DNA of 64,000 nucleotides from an uncultured Bacteroidales bacterium (GCA_963700275.1 CAVOWZ010000005.1:12818-76817), one strand, 5' to 3'; counted from the first letter of the stretch, positions 9,337-21,394 are shown. A program made the numbers and translations. The notes: generated from the letters alone by a model not told the origin.

Positions 9337-10803
9337 TCAGAGTGATTCCCCGAAATCTTTCTTATAAGCTTCAGCAAGCTTTTCGGGCCAGTTGCTTACT
9401 GCTTCAAGCCGGCCTGTAAAGAACCTGAGAACCGGTGGTTCCTCAACGAACTTAAGACCTTCAACAAGTTTCCTGTTCTGATACAGCCAGTCAAGCCTGT
9501 CAAGAGTATATTCTACCTGGGAAAGCGTAAAAACTCTCCTGGGTACTGCAAGCCTTAACAGCTCAAGATCAGCAAAAATGTCGTTCCCGTTTTCATCACG
9601 GTTACTGCTTATGGTTCCCCTTTCCATTCCTCTGATCCCTGAAACAATATATAATGCCGCTACAAGTGATCCTGCGATGTATTGTGATTGTGGGATGTGT
9701 GAAAGGAACTGAGTTGCATCAATATGACAACCCAGGGCGCCGCCGGGGCTTACGACGGGTATATCAAGTTTTTCAAGTTCCTGCACCATGTAATTTATGA
9801 AAGCGGGAGACTGTCCCACAACATTTTCATCGACAGTTTCAAGCAAGCCTTGTGCCATCGCTTCAATCTCACGGATTGAGATCCCACCGTATGTCAGAAA
9901 TCCTTCATAAAGGGGGACAAGATATTTCATTTTTGTCCAAAGTTCTGTAGAATTTGTACAGATTGCTCCTCCTTTAGATGAGCTGACCTTTCTTCCGGAG
10001 AAGTAAACAATATCTGCAAGATCACACATCTGCAGAAGGATTGACTCGAGTGACTGGTTTTCAAAACCCGGTTCCCTCTTCATGATGAAGTATGCATTTT
10101 CTCCTATCAGGCTGGCATCCAAAACTATTATCAGGTTATATTTATCTGCTATCTTTCTCACTTCCTTGAAATTGCCAAGTGAGAATGGCTGACCGCCGAT
10201 AAGATTGGTTGAGGCTTCCATCCTGATGAATGGAACATTCTGCGGACCTGAATCGATAATTACTTTTTCTAGTTGAACCGGATCGATATTACCTTTGAAA
10301 GGGTGGGAACTTTTAATTTTCATTGCTTCGGGCGCAAAGAGCTCAAAGATCTTTCCGCCGTTAAGTTCAATATGTGCACGGGTGGTAGTGAAATGATAAT
10401 TCATCGGAATCACAGATCCTTCCTTAATGAACGTTTTCGAAATAATATTTTCAGCTGCTCTTCCCTGATGCACGGGAAGAACATATTTCTTACCGAATAC
10501 CTGCAGTACACTTTTTTCGAATTTCTTGAAGCTCATCGAGCCTGCATAGGCATCGTCGGCCACAAACATCTTTGAGAGCTGGATATCGCTCATCGCATTG
10601 GTCCCGCTGTCCGTCAGCATATCAAGGAATACATCACCGCTACTTAGCAGGAAGGAATTAAACCCGGCATCCTTCATGGCAGCCAGCCTTTGTTCCACAG
10701 GCAGGAGGTTAAGGGATTGTACTATCCGCACTTTATGCATCTCGAGTGGGATCTGTTTTCTGGTAAAGAATTTTACCGTTCCGTTTTTCTGAATTTCATC
10801 CAT
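9337..10803 (-). CDS. tpl: Tyrosine phenol-lyase-like beta-eliminating lyase (divergent)
   Basis: DMLTDSGT, HQGRAAE, YEGFLTYGG, RLAVPRRV. TPL-type specificity residues: HFTTTR (T124), GMERG (R381), LRFFT (F448). The PLP-lysine region is atypical (SGRKVSSSKGG). Confidence 0.75.
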   Translation of the reverse strand: MDEIQKNGTVKFFTRKQIPLEMHKVRIVQSLNLLPVEQRLAAMKDAGFNSFLLSSGDVFLDMLTDSGTNAMSDIQLSKMFVADDAYAGSMSFKKFEKSVLQVFGKKYVLPVHQGRAAENIISKTFIKEGSVIPMNYHFTTTRAHIELNGGKIFELFAPEAMKIKSSHPFKGNIDPVQLEKVIIDSGPQNVPFIRMEASTNLIGGQPFSLGNFKEVRKIADKYNLIIVLDASLIGENAYFIMKREPGFENQSLESILLQMCDLADIVYFSGRKVSSSKGGAICTNSTELWTKMKYLVPLYEGFLTYGGISIREIEAMAQGLLETVDENVVGQSPAFINYMVQELEKLDIPVVSPGGALGCHIDATQFLSHIPQSQYIAGSLVAALYIVSGIRGMERGTISSNRDENGNDIFADLELLRLAVPRRVFTLSQVEYTLDRLDWLYQNRKLVEGLKFVEEPPVLRFFTGRLEAVSNWPEKLAEAYKKDFGESL

Positions 10804-10823
10804 ATTTTATTTGTTATAATATT

Positions 10824-10858
10824 AAAAAAAAAGGCTCACCTTATTCCCGGCAAGCCTT
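10824..10858 (-). terminator. Intrinsic terminator (attenuator) in the tpl leader
   Basis: Minus strand: AAGGCTTGCC-GGGAATAA-GGTGAGCCTT followed by a U-run, ending ~20 nt before the ATG. Confidence 0.85.
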
Positions 10859-10880
10859 ATGTTCATGAATTTATGGTTTG

Positions 10881-10964
10881 TCACACATATTTCACAGGAC
10901 TGCCTGACCTGTACCAGCAATAATAACAATAATAGATTCCAATATTTAATTTTATTATCGTCAT
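10881..10964 (-). CDS. Tyr-rich leader peptide (27 aa, MTIIKLNIGIYYCYYCWYRSGSPVKYV)
   Basis: Hand translation shows 5 Tyr codons within 8 codons. It lies between a consensus promoter and the terminator and is absent from the ORF track. Confidence 0.8.
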   Translation of the reverse strand: MTIIKLNIGIYYCYYCWYRSGSPVKYV

Positions 10965-10981
10965 TACTTAAAATTTGAATC

Positions 10982-11012
10982 CAAACGTAATTTATTTTCA
11001 GATAAAATCAAA
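10982..11012 (-). promoter_or_regulatory. Bacteroidota sigma-A promoter for leader-tpl
   Basis: Minus strand TTTG (11012-11009), 19-nt spacer, TACGTTTG (10989-10982), matching the TTTG-N19-21-TAnnTTTG consensus. Confidence 0.75.
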
Positions 11013-11281
11013 GATACACATCAAAAAAGTTAAAGAAAATTTACAGAGCCTCCTGTTATCAGGGTATCATAATGACCTCTATCCTGTATTTTACTGATTA
11101 TTTTTAGTATATTGCTTTTGTTAATTCGGGGTATGTTTATTACAAATACTTATATTTCAGAGGTTTATTTATATCTGACAGCTCAAAATGTGGGTTATCT
11201 GAAGCGTTTTGCGGGTTTATGAAACCTCATGCCTTACAGAAGTTTTTTAGTCATAACTTGCACTAAACCTTATTTTGAGAC

Positions 11282-13349
11282 ATGATAAATGAAAAACTTA
11301 TAAATCCCGACAGCATAGTTGTTGTCGGAGGATCAGATGATCTTTTTAAACCCGGAGGGAAAATCCTTAAGAATATTATTGACGGGAATTATTCCGGGAA
11401 GCTTTATGTGGTAAATCCGAAGCAGGATATGGTCCAGGGTATTAAATCTACAGCGCGATATCAGAAGATCTTCCGCAGGTCTGACCTTGCAATACTTGCT
11501 GATTCAGGCAAAGTATGTGCCTGCCGGCTGTTGAGATACTTGTTGAAGAAAAAGAATACAAAGGCTTTTATTATTATTTCAGCAGGATTCAGTGAATCGG
11601 GTGAGGAGGGCAAAAAGCTTGAGAATGAAATTGCAGATCTGATTAATGAGGCAGGGGCATGTCTGATCGGACCAAATTGTATAGGAGTAATAACCCGGTC
11701 TTATCATGGCGTATTTACCACCCCGGTTCCCAAGCTGAGCAGACAGGGGTTGTGATTTTGTTTCAGGTTCAGGAGCAACAGCAGTATTCATTTTTGAATC
11801 GGCTATGCCGAAAGGTGCTTAATTTTTCAAGTGTTTTTTCTGTAGGTAACAGCGCTCAGACAGGTGTTGAGGAGGTACTTGAATACTGGGATAATACTTA
11901 TGACCCGGAAGTAAGTTCACCGATCAAGCTTATATATGTTGAAAGTATCAGAATCCGGATAAACTGCTTCATCATGCATCATCACTGATCAGAAAGGGAT
12001 GCAGGATAGCTGCAATAAAAGCAGGGACAACCGAAGCAGGAAGCAGGGCTGCTTCTTCTCATACAGGTGCAATGGCATCATCCGATTCAGCTGTTGAGGC
12101 ATTGTTCAGGAAAGCCGGTATTGTGAGATGTTCAGGAAGGGAGGAGCTGACAACAGTTGCCTCTGTATTCTTTCATAAGCATCTGAAAGGCAGGAATATT
12201 GCAATTATAACCCATGCAGGCGGACCTGCTGTAATGCTTACAGATGCACTTATCGGCCGGAGGGATGAATATTCCAAAGATTACCGGAGACCATCACGAT
12301 AATCTTCTTGCAATGATGAATCCGGGTGCATCAGCTGATAATCCTATCGATATGATTGCGACTGCAACAAATGATCAGCTCGACAAGGTAATAGAATATG
12401 TTGATAAACAGATTCCGGAGATAGATGGGATGAGTGTAATATTCGGAAACAATGGACTGAATGATATGACAGAAATCTATGATCTTCTTCATAAAAAAAT
12501 TCAGGAGTGCGATAAGCCACTTTATCCGATATTGCCATCAGTTACAAGCTCTTCAAAAGAACTGGAATATTTCCTGAATAAAGGACATGTAAATTTTCCC
12601 GATGAAGTTGTTCTTGGCAGGGCACTTACAAAAATTTCCAATACACCATATCCGGCTGAAGAGAAAATTTTCCTTGAGAATATTGATGTTCCGCTTGTAA
12701 GGAAGATTATTGATAATGCTCAAAATGGATATCTCGAACCTGCTATGATACAGCAGCTTCTGAATGCTGCCAATATACCTGTTGTAAAAGAAGAATGTGA
12801 TACAACAAGAAAAGAGCTTCTTTCGGTTGCCGAAAAGAACGGGATATCCGCTGGCTTTAAAGGTTGTCGGACCTGTTCATAAATCAGATGTGGGAGGTGT
12901 TACTCTGAATATTAAGATCAGAAAAACATCTTGAAGCTGAATTCAGCAGGATGATGAGGATCAAAGATGTTAAGGCGGTACTGGTGCAGGAGATGCTTTC
13001 AGGAACAGAGCTGTTTATCGGAGCAAAATATGAACCGCGATTCGGACATATAATTCTTTGCGGTCTCGGAGGGATATTTGTTGAGGTTCTGGGTGATGTA
13101 TCATCAGGTCTTGCACCACTTACTTTCAATGAAGCTGAATCGATGATAAGAAGTCTTAAGAGCTATAAGATTATCCATGGTACGCGGGGGAAACAGGGAA
13201 TAAATGAATCAAAATTTGCTGAAATAATTGTCAGGCTTTCAAGCTTATTACGATATGCAACTGAAATAAAAGAGATGGACCTCAATCCGCTGATCGGCAG
13301 TACCGATAGAATTACAGTTGTCGATGCAAGGATAAGAATTGAAAAATGA
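11282..13349 (+). CDS. ADP-forming acyl-CoA synthetase (acetate-CoA ligase family, alpha-beta fusion); split by indels
   Basis: Fragments: INPDSIVVVGGS, IISAGFSE, IGPNCIG, SHTGAMA, THAGGPAV, NPID, HKSDVGGV, FGHIILCGLGG, EMDLNP. Confidence 0.85.
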
Positions 13350-13429
13350 TTTTCACTGATACTATTCTTATAAGCTGCAAAATAATTTTTATATTCGGAA
13401 CTTTATTTTATATAAATAATATTAAACAA

Positions 13430-13858
13430 ATGATTATTCCATCAGTTATCTGTTTTTCTTGAAAACAAATCAGGACGGCTTACCGAAGTTCTTGAGGTTC
13501 TCGGGGAGGAGAATATCAGGATAACTGCTTTAAGTGTTGCAGATACTGCTGAATTTGGTATTTTACGTCTTATTGTTTCAGATCCTGAAAGAGCAAGAGA
13601 TATACTGAAAGGAACATCACTTCACGGTTAATCTTACAGAAGTGATATCTGTGATTGCTCCCAATGAAGCAAAACATTATGCAAAAGTCCTTAAGGATCT
13701 TGTCTGATCTTGATATAAGTGTCGAATATACATATGCATTTTCAACAGGAGAAAAATCGATTATTATTCTGCGTTGCAGCGATAATGAGGAGGCAATAAA
13801 TGCTCTTAAAAGCCATGAAATGGAATTGCTGAAAGCAAGTGATTTATATAAAATCTGA
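13430..13858 (+). CDS. ACT-domain protein (PaaK-associated type); split by indels
   Basis: Hand reading gives [16 protein letters not shown]...[20 protein letters not shown]...VEYTYAF. Confidence 0.85.
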
Positions 13859-13896
13859 ATTCAATAACAAAGTAAACAGGGAATTGTAAAATATAA

Positions 13897-15206
13897 ATGG
13901 AAATATGGAACCGCCATTTCGAATGTATGGATCGGGATGGACTTAAGAAAGTTCAGAGTGAAAGACTCAGGGAGACAGTTGAAAGAGTATATTTCAATGT
14001 TCCTTATTACAGCAACAAAATGCAGGAGGCAGGATTGGGTCCTGAAAGCAATCAACTCAATCGATGATCTTGCAAAAGTTGCCATTCACAACAAAACAGG
14101 ATCTCAGGGATAATTATCCTTTCGGATTATTTGCTGTTCCAATGAGTGAGATAGTGCGTATTCATGCTTCTTCAGGCACAACAGGAAAACCAACTGTTGT
14201 AGGTTATACCCGCAATGATATTGCCACCTGGTCGGAAGTAATGGCCCGTACACTGACCAGTGCCGGTGCAAACAGGAATGATTTCATTCAGATAGCTTAC
14301 GGTTACGGACTTTTTACAGGTGGCCTTGGGCTTCATTACGGAGGTGAAAAGATAGGTGCATCCGTAATTCCTATTTCAGGAGGGAATACTACCAGGCAGA
14401 TACAGCTTATGCACGATTTCGGGAGCAACTGTTCTTGCATGTACTCCCTCATATGCATTATATCTTGCCGAAGCAATCCAGGAAAGCGGGATAAACCGTG
14501 AGGAACTGCAAACTTAAGGTAGGTGTTTTCGGCGCTGAACCATGGACAGAAAACATGAGAAGGGAGATCGAAGAGAAACTCAAGGATAAAGGCAATCGAT
14601 ATTTATGGATTAAGTGAGGTTATTGGTCCGGGTGTGGCAAGTGAATGTCTGATACAGGATGGACTTCATATAAATGAAGATCATTTCTATCCCGAAATTA
14701 TTGATCCTGAATACACTTGAAGTGTTGCCTGAGGGTACAGTCGGTGAACTTGTATTCACAACAATTACAAAGGAAGGATTACCCCTTATCCGTTACCGAA
14801 CACGCGACCTTACACGACTAAAATATGAAAAATGCAAATGCGGACGGACTATGGTAAGGATGGAAAAATGTCTGGGAAGAAGCGATGATATGCTGATAAT
14901 CAGGGGTGTTAATCTTTTCCCTTCACAGATTGAGACCGTACTGCTTGAAATGAGTGAAATTAAACCTCACTACCTGATAATTGTCGACAGGATCAATAAC
15001 CTTGATACTCTTGAACTGAAAGTAGAAGTAGATGAGGTTTTTTTTCAGGATAAGATCAGCCAGCTTGCAGGCGCTCAGGAGAAAGCTGCAGGATAATCTG
15101 GAAAACACTATTGGCCTTGCGATAAAGGTAACACTTGTTGAACCAAAGACAATTGAAAGGAGCGAAGGCAAGGCAAAGACGGGTTATTGATAAGCGAAAA
15201 TTCTGA
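13897..15206 (+). CDS. paaK: Phenylacetate-CoA ligase family protein; split by indels
   Basis: [64 protein letters not shown]. Confidence 0.88.
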
Positions 15207-15221
15207 TATTATTATTACTTC

Positions 15222-16552
15222 ATGGACACTATTACCGATATCAGGCTGAAATAATATATGAAGTCTTGCAGTGGAGATACGGACATTCCATCGGTTGGTT
15301 CTGCCTCCATCCGCGAAATATCTTTCGCTTGTTAGACCTTATTGAAAGAAAGACACGGAATCAAGTTTGTAAGAATGGAAATGGGAGTGCCCGGGTCTGC
15401 CCACTCCGCCAGTTGGAATTGAGGCTGAAATAGCTGCTCTGCAGAGGGGAGTTGCATCATTATATCCTGAAATCGGAGGGATACCATCTCTTAAGGAGGA
15501 ATCATCCAGATTTATAAAGCTATTTCTCGATGTCGATATAAATCCGGAAGGCTGCATCCCTACAGTCGGCTCAATGATGGGAGCCATGCTCAGCTTTATG
15601 GTGGCAAACAGCAATGACTGCAGCAAAGAAGGAACACTATTTCTTGATCCCGGATTTCCTGTTCAGAAACAACAGGTAAAAATGCTCGGACACGATTATC
15701 TTTCATTCGATATTTATGATTACAGGGGTAAAAAACTCAAGGCCAAAACTGGAATCATTTCTTGAATCGGGCAAGATATCATCTATTCTTTATTCAAATC
15801 CGAATAATCCTGCATGGATATGTCTTAATGACGAAGAGCTTGCCATTATCGGTGAACTTTCCCGGAAATATGATGTTATTGTCATTGAAGATCTTGCATA
15901 TTTCGGAATGGATTTCAGAAAAGATTATTCAAAACCGGGTGTTGCCACCATTTCAGCCTACTGTGGCACACTATACCGATAATTATATACTTCTTATCTC
16001 CAGTTCCAAAATATTCAGCTATGCCGGACAGAGAATAGGATTAATGGCAATATCGGATGCACCTTTACAACAGATCGTATCCTGACCTGTTGAGATATTA
16101 TACATCTGATAAGTTCGGCCATTCGGTTATTTTCGGTGCACTATACGGTATATCGGCAGGAGTGGCACATTCAGTGCAATATGGTCTGGCCGGATTCTCA
16201 AAGCAGTTAATGACGGCACATATAATTACCGCGATGATGTTATAGAATATGGTGAAAGGCCGCGGACAATGAAGAAATACTTTTTATCCAAATGGTTTTA
16301 AAATTGTTTATGACACAGATCTTGATGAGCCTGTTGCTGATGGATTCTATTTTACAATAAGTTACCCGGGAATGTCGGGAAGGGAATTGTTGCAGGAACT
16401 TTTAAATTATGGAATAAGTGCAATTACGCTTGACATAACAGGAAGTGAAAAGAAATGAAGGTTTGAGAGCATGCGTTTCAATGGTACCACGGGATCAGTT
16501 TCGTGAACTGGAAAAACGTCTTAAAAAATTCAACAAAAATCATCCGGTTTAA
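15222..16552 (+). CDS. PLP-dependent aminotransferase class I/II; split by indels
   Basis: RMEMGVPG, YSNPNNP, IEDLAY, SSSKIFSYAGQRIG. Confidence 0.82.
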
Positions 16553-16570
16553 AAATTAATATCTAATGTT

Positions 16571-16793
16571 ATGGCAAAGATAAAAGGAAGTATAGTTGTA
16601 GATGTTGAAAGATGTAAAGGGTGTGAGGTCTGTAGGTCTCTTGTCCGACAGGTACCATCGCAATGGCAAAGGAAGTAAACACAAAGGATATTTCTATGCA
16701 TATCCGGCAAATCCCGAACTGTGCATCGGTTGTGCCAATTGTGCCATTGTTTGCCCCGATGGAGTGATAACGGTTTATAAAACAAAAATTTAG
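16571..16793 (+). CDS. 4Fe-4S dicluster ferredoxin (delta subunit of 2-oxoacid oxidoreductase); one indel
   Basis: CKGCEVC..CP and [13 protein letters not shown]. Confidence 0.85.
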
Positions 16794-16800
16794 CTTCTTC

Positions 16801-17877
16801 ATGGAAAAGGAATTACGACTGATGAAAGGTAATGAAGCGGTAGCTGAAGCTGCTATCCGGGCTGGTGCCGACGGATATTTCGGTTATCCTATCACTCCCC
16901 AGAGTGAGATACTGGAATATCTCATGGAAGCAAACCCACAGGAAACAACCGGGATGGTCGTACTGCAGGCTGAAAGCGAGATTGCTGCAATAAATATGGT
17001 TTACGGCGGGGCAGCATGCGGAAAGAAAGTAATGACAACATCTTCTTCACCCGGAATAAGCCTGAAACAGGAGGGTATCACATATATTGCCGGCGCCGAA
17101 CTGCCATGCCTGATCGTCAATGTCGTCAGGGGAGGCCCGGGGCTTGGAACAATCCAGCCGGCACAGACAGACTATTTTCAGGCGGTGAAAGGCGGCGGAC
17201 ATGGCGATTATCACCTGATAGTTCTTGCTCCGGCATCAGTACAGGAAATGGCCGATTTTGTCGGACTCGGATTTCGAGCTTGCATTTAAATACCGTAATC
17301 CTGTGATGATGCTATCCGACGGTGCAATAGGGCAGATGATGGAAAAAGTATGGCTCAGCCCCTCGAAGGAAAGATCTAAAACGGTTCCGGAATGGGCAAC
17401 CACAGGAAAACCTCCCACACGGAACAGGAATATAATTACTTCTCTTGATCTGGATCCGGACTGCTCAGGAAAGATTTAACCATGAAGCTCATGGCCAAAT
17501 ATAATGAGATCAGAGAGAAAGAGGTCCGGTATGAGGAATTTCAGTGCGAAGATGCAGAATACCTTCTCGTAGCTTACGGAACCAGTGCAAGAGTTTGTCA
17601 GAAATCTGTTCAGCTCGCCAGTGAAAGAAGGATTAAAGGTCGGACTGCTGAGGCCGATAACCCTTTTCCCATTCCCGTCAAAAAGGATCGGCGAACTTGC
17701 CGGAAAAGTCAAGAATTATACTGTCAATTGAAATGAGTGCCGGACAGATGGTTGAAGATGTACTGCTTATCGGTGAACGGCAGGACACCCGTTAATCATT
17801 TCGGCAGGATGGGAGGTATGGTGACCACACCCGAGGAAGTTGTTGAATTTCTGAAATCAAAAATAATAGGAGGCTGA
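16801..17877 (+). CDS. 2-oxoacid:ferredoxin oxidoreductase alpha subunit (VorB-like); split by indels
   Basis: [44 protein letters not shown]. Confidence 0.9.
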
Positions 17878-17880
17878 GAA

Positions 17881-18696
17881 ATGACGGAAGCTACAGGAAT
17901 TAAAGATATATATAAAACCTGAGAACCTGGTTTATAAAAGGACCGGGATAATGACCGACAATGTTCTTCACTATTGTCCGGGTTGCGGTCATGGCACAGT
18001 ACACAGGATCCTTGCAGAGATCATTGAGGAGGAGGGCCTGCAGTCGACGGCAATAGGTATATCGCCTGTCGGCTGTTCAGTGTTTCTGTATAATTACCTT
18101 GATATCGACTGGCAGGAAGCAGCTCATGGCCGGGCTCCGGCACTCGCAACAGCAGTAAAAAGACTTTGTCCCGATAAATTTGTGTTTACCTACCAGGGCG
18201 ACGGAGATCTTGCAGCAATAGGGACATGCGGAAACAATCCATGCCTGCAACAGGGGAGAGAATATCCTTATAATCTTCATCAATAACGGTATCTACGGGA
18301 TGACAGGAGGGCAAATGGCTCCTACGACACTTCCCGGAATGAAATCATCAACATCACCTTATGGAAGAGATGTCAAAACTGATGGGAAACCCTTTGAAAA
18401 TGACTGATATAGTGGCAACACTTCCCGGTACATATTATGTTACACGGCAGAGTGTCCATACTCCGGCCAATGCACGAAAAACTAAAAAGGCAATCAGGAA
18501 AGCTGTTCAATACCAGAAGCTCAATAAAGGAACCTGTTTTATCGAGATTGTATCAAATTGTCCTTCGGGATGGAAAATGACACCCGTTGAGTCGAATAAA
18601 TGGATGGAAGAAACTATGTTTCCTTATTATCCTCTTGGAGATCTGAAAGTCCGGCGGAAGAGGCCACTCAAAAATCGTAAACAGCGAAAAAAATGA
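17881..18696 (+). CDS. 2-oxoacid:ferredoxin oxidoreductase beta (TPP-binding) subunit; split by indels
   Basis: [44 protein letters not shown]. Confidence 0.88.
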
Positions 18697-19237
18697 CTGA
18701 AGAAATTATTATTGCCGGATTCGGAGGACAGGGGGTCCTGTCGATGGGTAAGATAATGGCATATTCCGCTGTTATGCAGGATATGGAGGTAAGCTGGATG
18801 CCGTCGTACGGTCCAGAAATGAGAGGGGGAACTGCCAATGTAACAGTAATACTGAGCAGCGAAAGGATAAGCTCTCCGATCGTGAGGAATTTTGATACGG
18901 CTATTATCCTTAACCAGCAGTCGCTCGATAAATTCGAGAAATTCGTAAAACCCGGAGGGGTACTTATATATGACAGTAACGGAATAACACGGCACTCCTG
19001 AAAGGAAAGATATAAGCATTTACAGCGTTGATGCTGCTGAAGAGGCTGGCAGAATGAATAGCCCAAAGACATTCAATATGATAGTTCTCGGGGGATTCCT
19101 GAAGGTAAAACCTGATCCTCAGGATCGAAAATGTTATTGAAGGATTAAAGAAATCTCTCCCGGAAAGATATCACAACCTGATCCCGATGAATGAAAAAGC
19201 GCTTCAGCGGGGAATGGAGATAATTGCACGGGTCTAA
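18693..19237 (+). CDS. 2-oxoacid:ferredoxin oxidoreductase gamma subunit; split by indels
   Basis: IAGFGGQG, PSYGPEMRGG, FNMIVLGG. Confidence 0.9.
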
Positions 19238-19328
19238 GATAGCTTAGCTCGGCTCAGGGCTCAGAGCAGGGAAGTATGACTAAGAATCCCCTCTTGGGAG
19301 GTGCAGGGGTGGGTTTTGAAGCTCAGAG

Positions 19329-19925
19329 CTATTTTTCGTAAAAATGCATCTCCTCAATATATCTCCAGACCGGTTCGGGAAGAAAGTATGACATGTCCCT
19401 TCCTTTCTTTATCCCGTTACGGATAAAGGTTCCGGAGATATCCATAAGTGGCGCCTTTACATAATTGACAGAGGCTTCTGAAAGGATCGTTTCCAGAAGA
19501 GGGGAGGAGGGTTTCCTGGCTCCGGGGCGGGGATATACGTAGATCGGACACTTCTTTACAAGTTCTTCTGCATTCTTCCACTTGTGAAGGGTGAAAAGAT
19601 TGTCTTCGCCCATGACAAGACAGAATTCATGATCCGGATATTTCTCATTCAGATGAGCAAGTGTATCAATTGTATAGGATGGAACCGGAAGCTTGAATTC
19701 AATATCGGAGGCTCTCATCCTGTCGTACTTGTCAATAGCAAGATTGACCATGTGCAGCCGCTGGTAATCGTCAAGCAGAGTTGCTTTCTTTTTCAGGGGA
19801 TTATGCGGACTCACAACAAACCAAATCTCATCCATCGGGGTGAATTCAGTCATATATCCGGCAATTGCAAGATGGCCGATATGCATAGGATTGAAGGATC
19901 CGAAATAGAGCCCGGTTTTTTTCAT
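19329..19925 (-). CDS. nadD: Nicotinate-nucleotide adenylyltransferase
   Basis: FGSFNPMHIGH, SYTIDTL, MGEDNL, ISGTFIR. Confidence 0.93.
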   Translation of the reverse strand: MKKTGLYFGSFNPMHIGHLAIAGYMTEFTPMDEIWFVVSPHNPLKKKATLLDDYQRLHMVNLAIDKYDRMRASDIEFKLPVPSYTIDTLAHLNEKYPDHEFCLVMGEDNLFTLHKWKNAEELVKKCPIYVYPRPGARKPSSPLLETILSEASVNYVKAPLMDISGTFIRNGIKKGRDMSYFLPEPVWRYIEEMHFYEK

Positions 19926-19926
19926 C

Positions 19927-20491
19927 TCAGTTTTCAATAAAACTTTTTACTATTTCATAAACTTCTTTTTCCGCTATTTCAAGCCTGTCGTTAATTACGA
20001 TATTGTCGAACTGATCTGCCAGTTTTCATCTCTGTTTGCTGCCTTTTCAACCCTCATCCTTATCTTTTCAGGGTTGTCTGTTCCCCTGATCAGTAACCTC
20101 TTTTCAAGTTCGTCGCTGTGAAGGAGGCATGATGAAAATTGAAATAGCTTTCTTTCCGAAGATCTTTTTCAGGTTAATCCCTCCTATAACATCCACATCG
20201 AAAAGAACATGATTCCCCTTATTGCCAGATTCTTTCAAGCTCGCTCTTTAGGGTTCCGTAATACTGATCTTTATAAACTTCCTGCCATTCAATAAAATCG
20301 TCCTTTTCTTATCCTTTTTCTGAATCTTCCACTGTAAGAAAATAATATTCTTCTCCGTCTTTCTCATTCTCCTCTTGGTTTCCGTGTTGTTGCAGAAACC
20401 GAAAATGCAAGGCGGAGTCCCTGTTGAGAAGATACTTGACAATAGTCGATTTCCCTGCTCCCGAAGGAGCTGAATATTATGAGCCTACCAT
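19927..20491 (-). CDS. gmk: Guanylate kinase; heavily split by indels
   Basis: Minus-strand fragments IFSAPSGAGKSTIV, YGTL, VLFDVDV, IVIND; yicC-gmk-nadD synteny. Confidence 0.82.
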
Positions 20492-20502
20492 TTTATCCAG
20501 CT

Positions 20503-21394
20503 TCATAAAACATTAAGAGTTTGTTCTTTTATCTTTTCAAGGTCGTCTTTCATCATGACAACCAGTTTCTGAATAGATGCATCATTTGCCTTTGATCCGA
20601 TAGTATTGATCTCCCTCCCGATCTCCTGGGCAATGAAATTTAAGTGTTTTCCCGTTTGGGGGTGGTGAAGCGATCTTTTCGAGTGAAATACTCACAATGA
20701 TTTTTCAGTCTGAACCTTCTCTTCGTTGATATCGAGCTTTTCAAGATAAAAGATCAGCTCCTGTTCAAACCTGTTCTTGTCAATATTTTCCCTGTTAAAT
20801 ATTTTCTCAAGAAGCGAGTAGTTAAGTTTTTCCCTTATCCTCACAATTCTTCCCCTTCAAAGGTTCATATTTCATCGAGAATAACCGAATATTCTATCAA
20901 TGCATGCCTGATAGGTCTTTTTCGAGGGAATTTCCCTCTTCGATCCTGTACATGATCGAGCATGATTCGACGGCTTCATTAAGTTTGTTCCTTACAATGT
21001 TCCATTCTTCTTGATGACAGTTCAGGTTTTTCTGTTTTCAGGGTATCGGGAAGACTTCATTATTGTTGAAAGAAGATTTTCATCGAGATTGATATTCAGG
21101 TCATCGGCGATATCTTTAAGCTGGTTGTAATAATTTCTTACGATATGCTCTGTTAATAACAGGGACTACTTCACTCATCCAGATTAATCAAATAGATATT
21201 CAGAAGTCGATTTTACCCCTTTCGAGTTTCTGACTGAGCAGATTGCTGATCTCAGTATCTTTTTCCTTATATAGCCATGGCAGTTTTGTGTTGATATCGA
21301 GTTGTTTGGAATTGAGCGACTTTATCTCGATAGTGATCTTTTTCTGCGGTGTTTCGGCTATGGCTTTGCCATAACCGGTCATGGATTTAATCAT
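20503..21394 (-). CDS. yicC: YicC/YloC family endoribonuclease; split by indels
   Basis: MIKSMTGYG, EIKSLNSK, LERGKID, QEIGREINTIGSKAND. Confidence 0.88.

Noticed and set aside
10881-10964. TnaC-type Trp-sensing arrest peptide
   Set aside because: It lacks the TnaC W12/D16/terminal Pro-stop arrangement, is dominated by Tyr codons, and is coupled to an intrinsic terminator rather than a Rho site.
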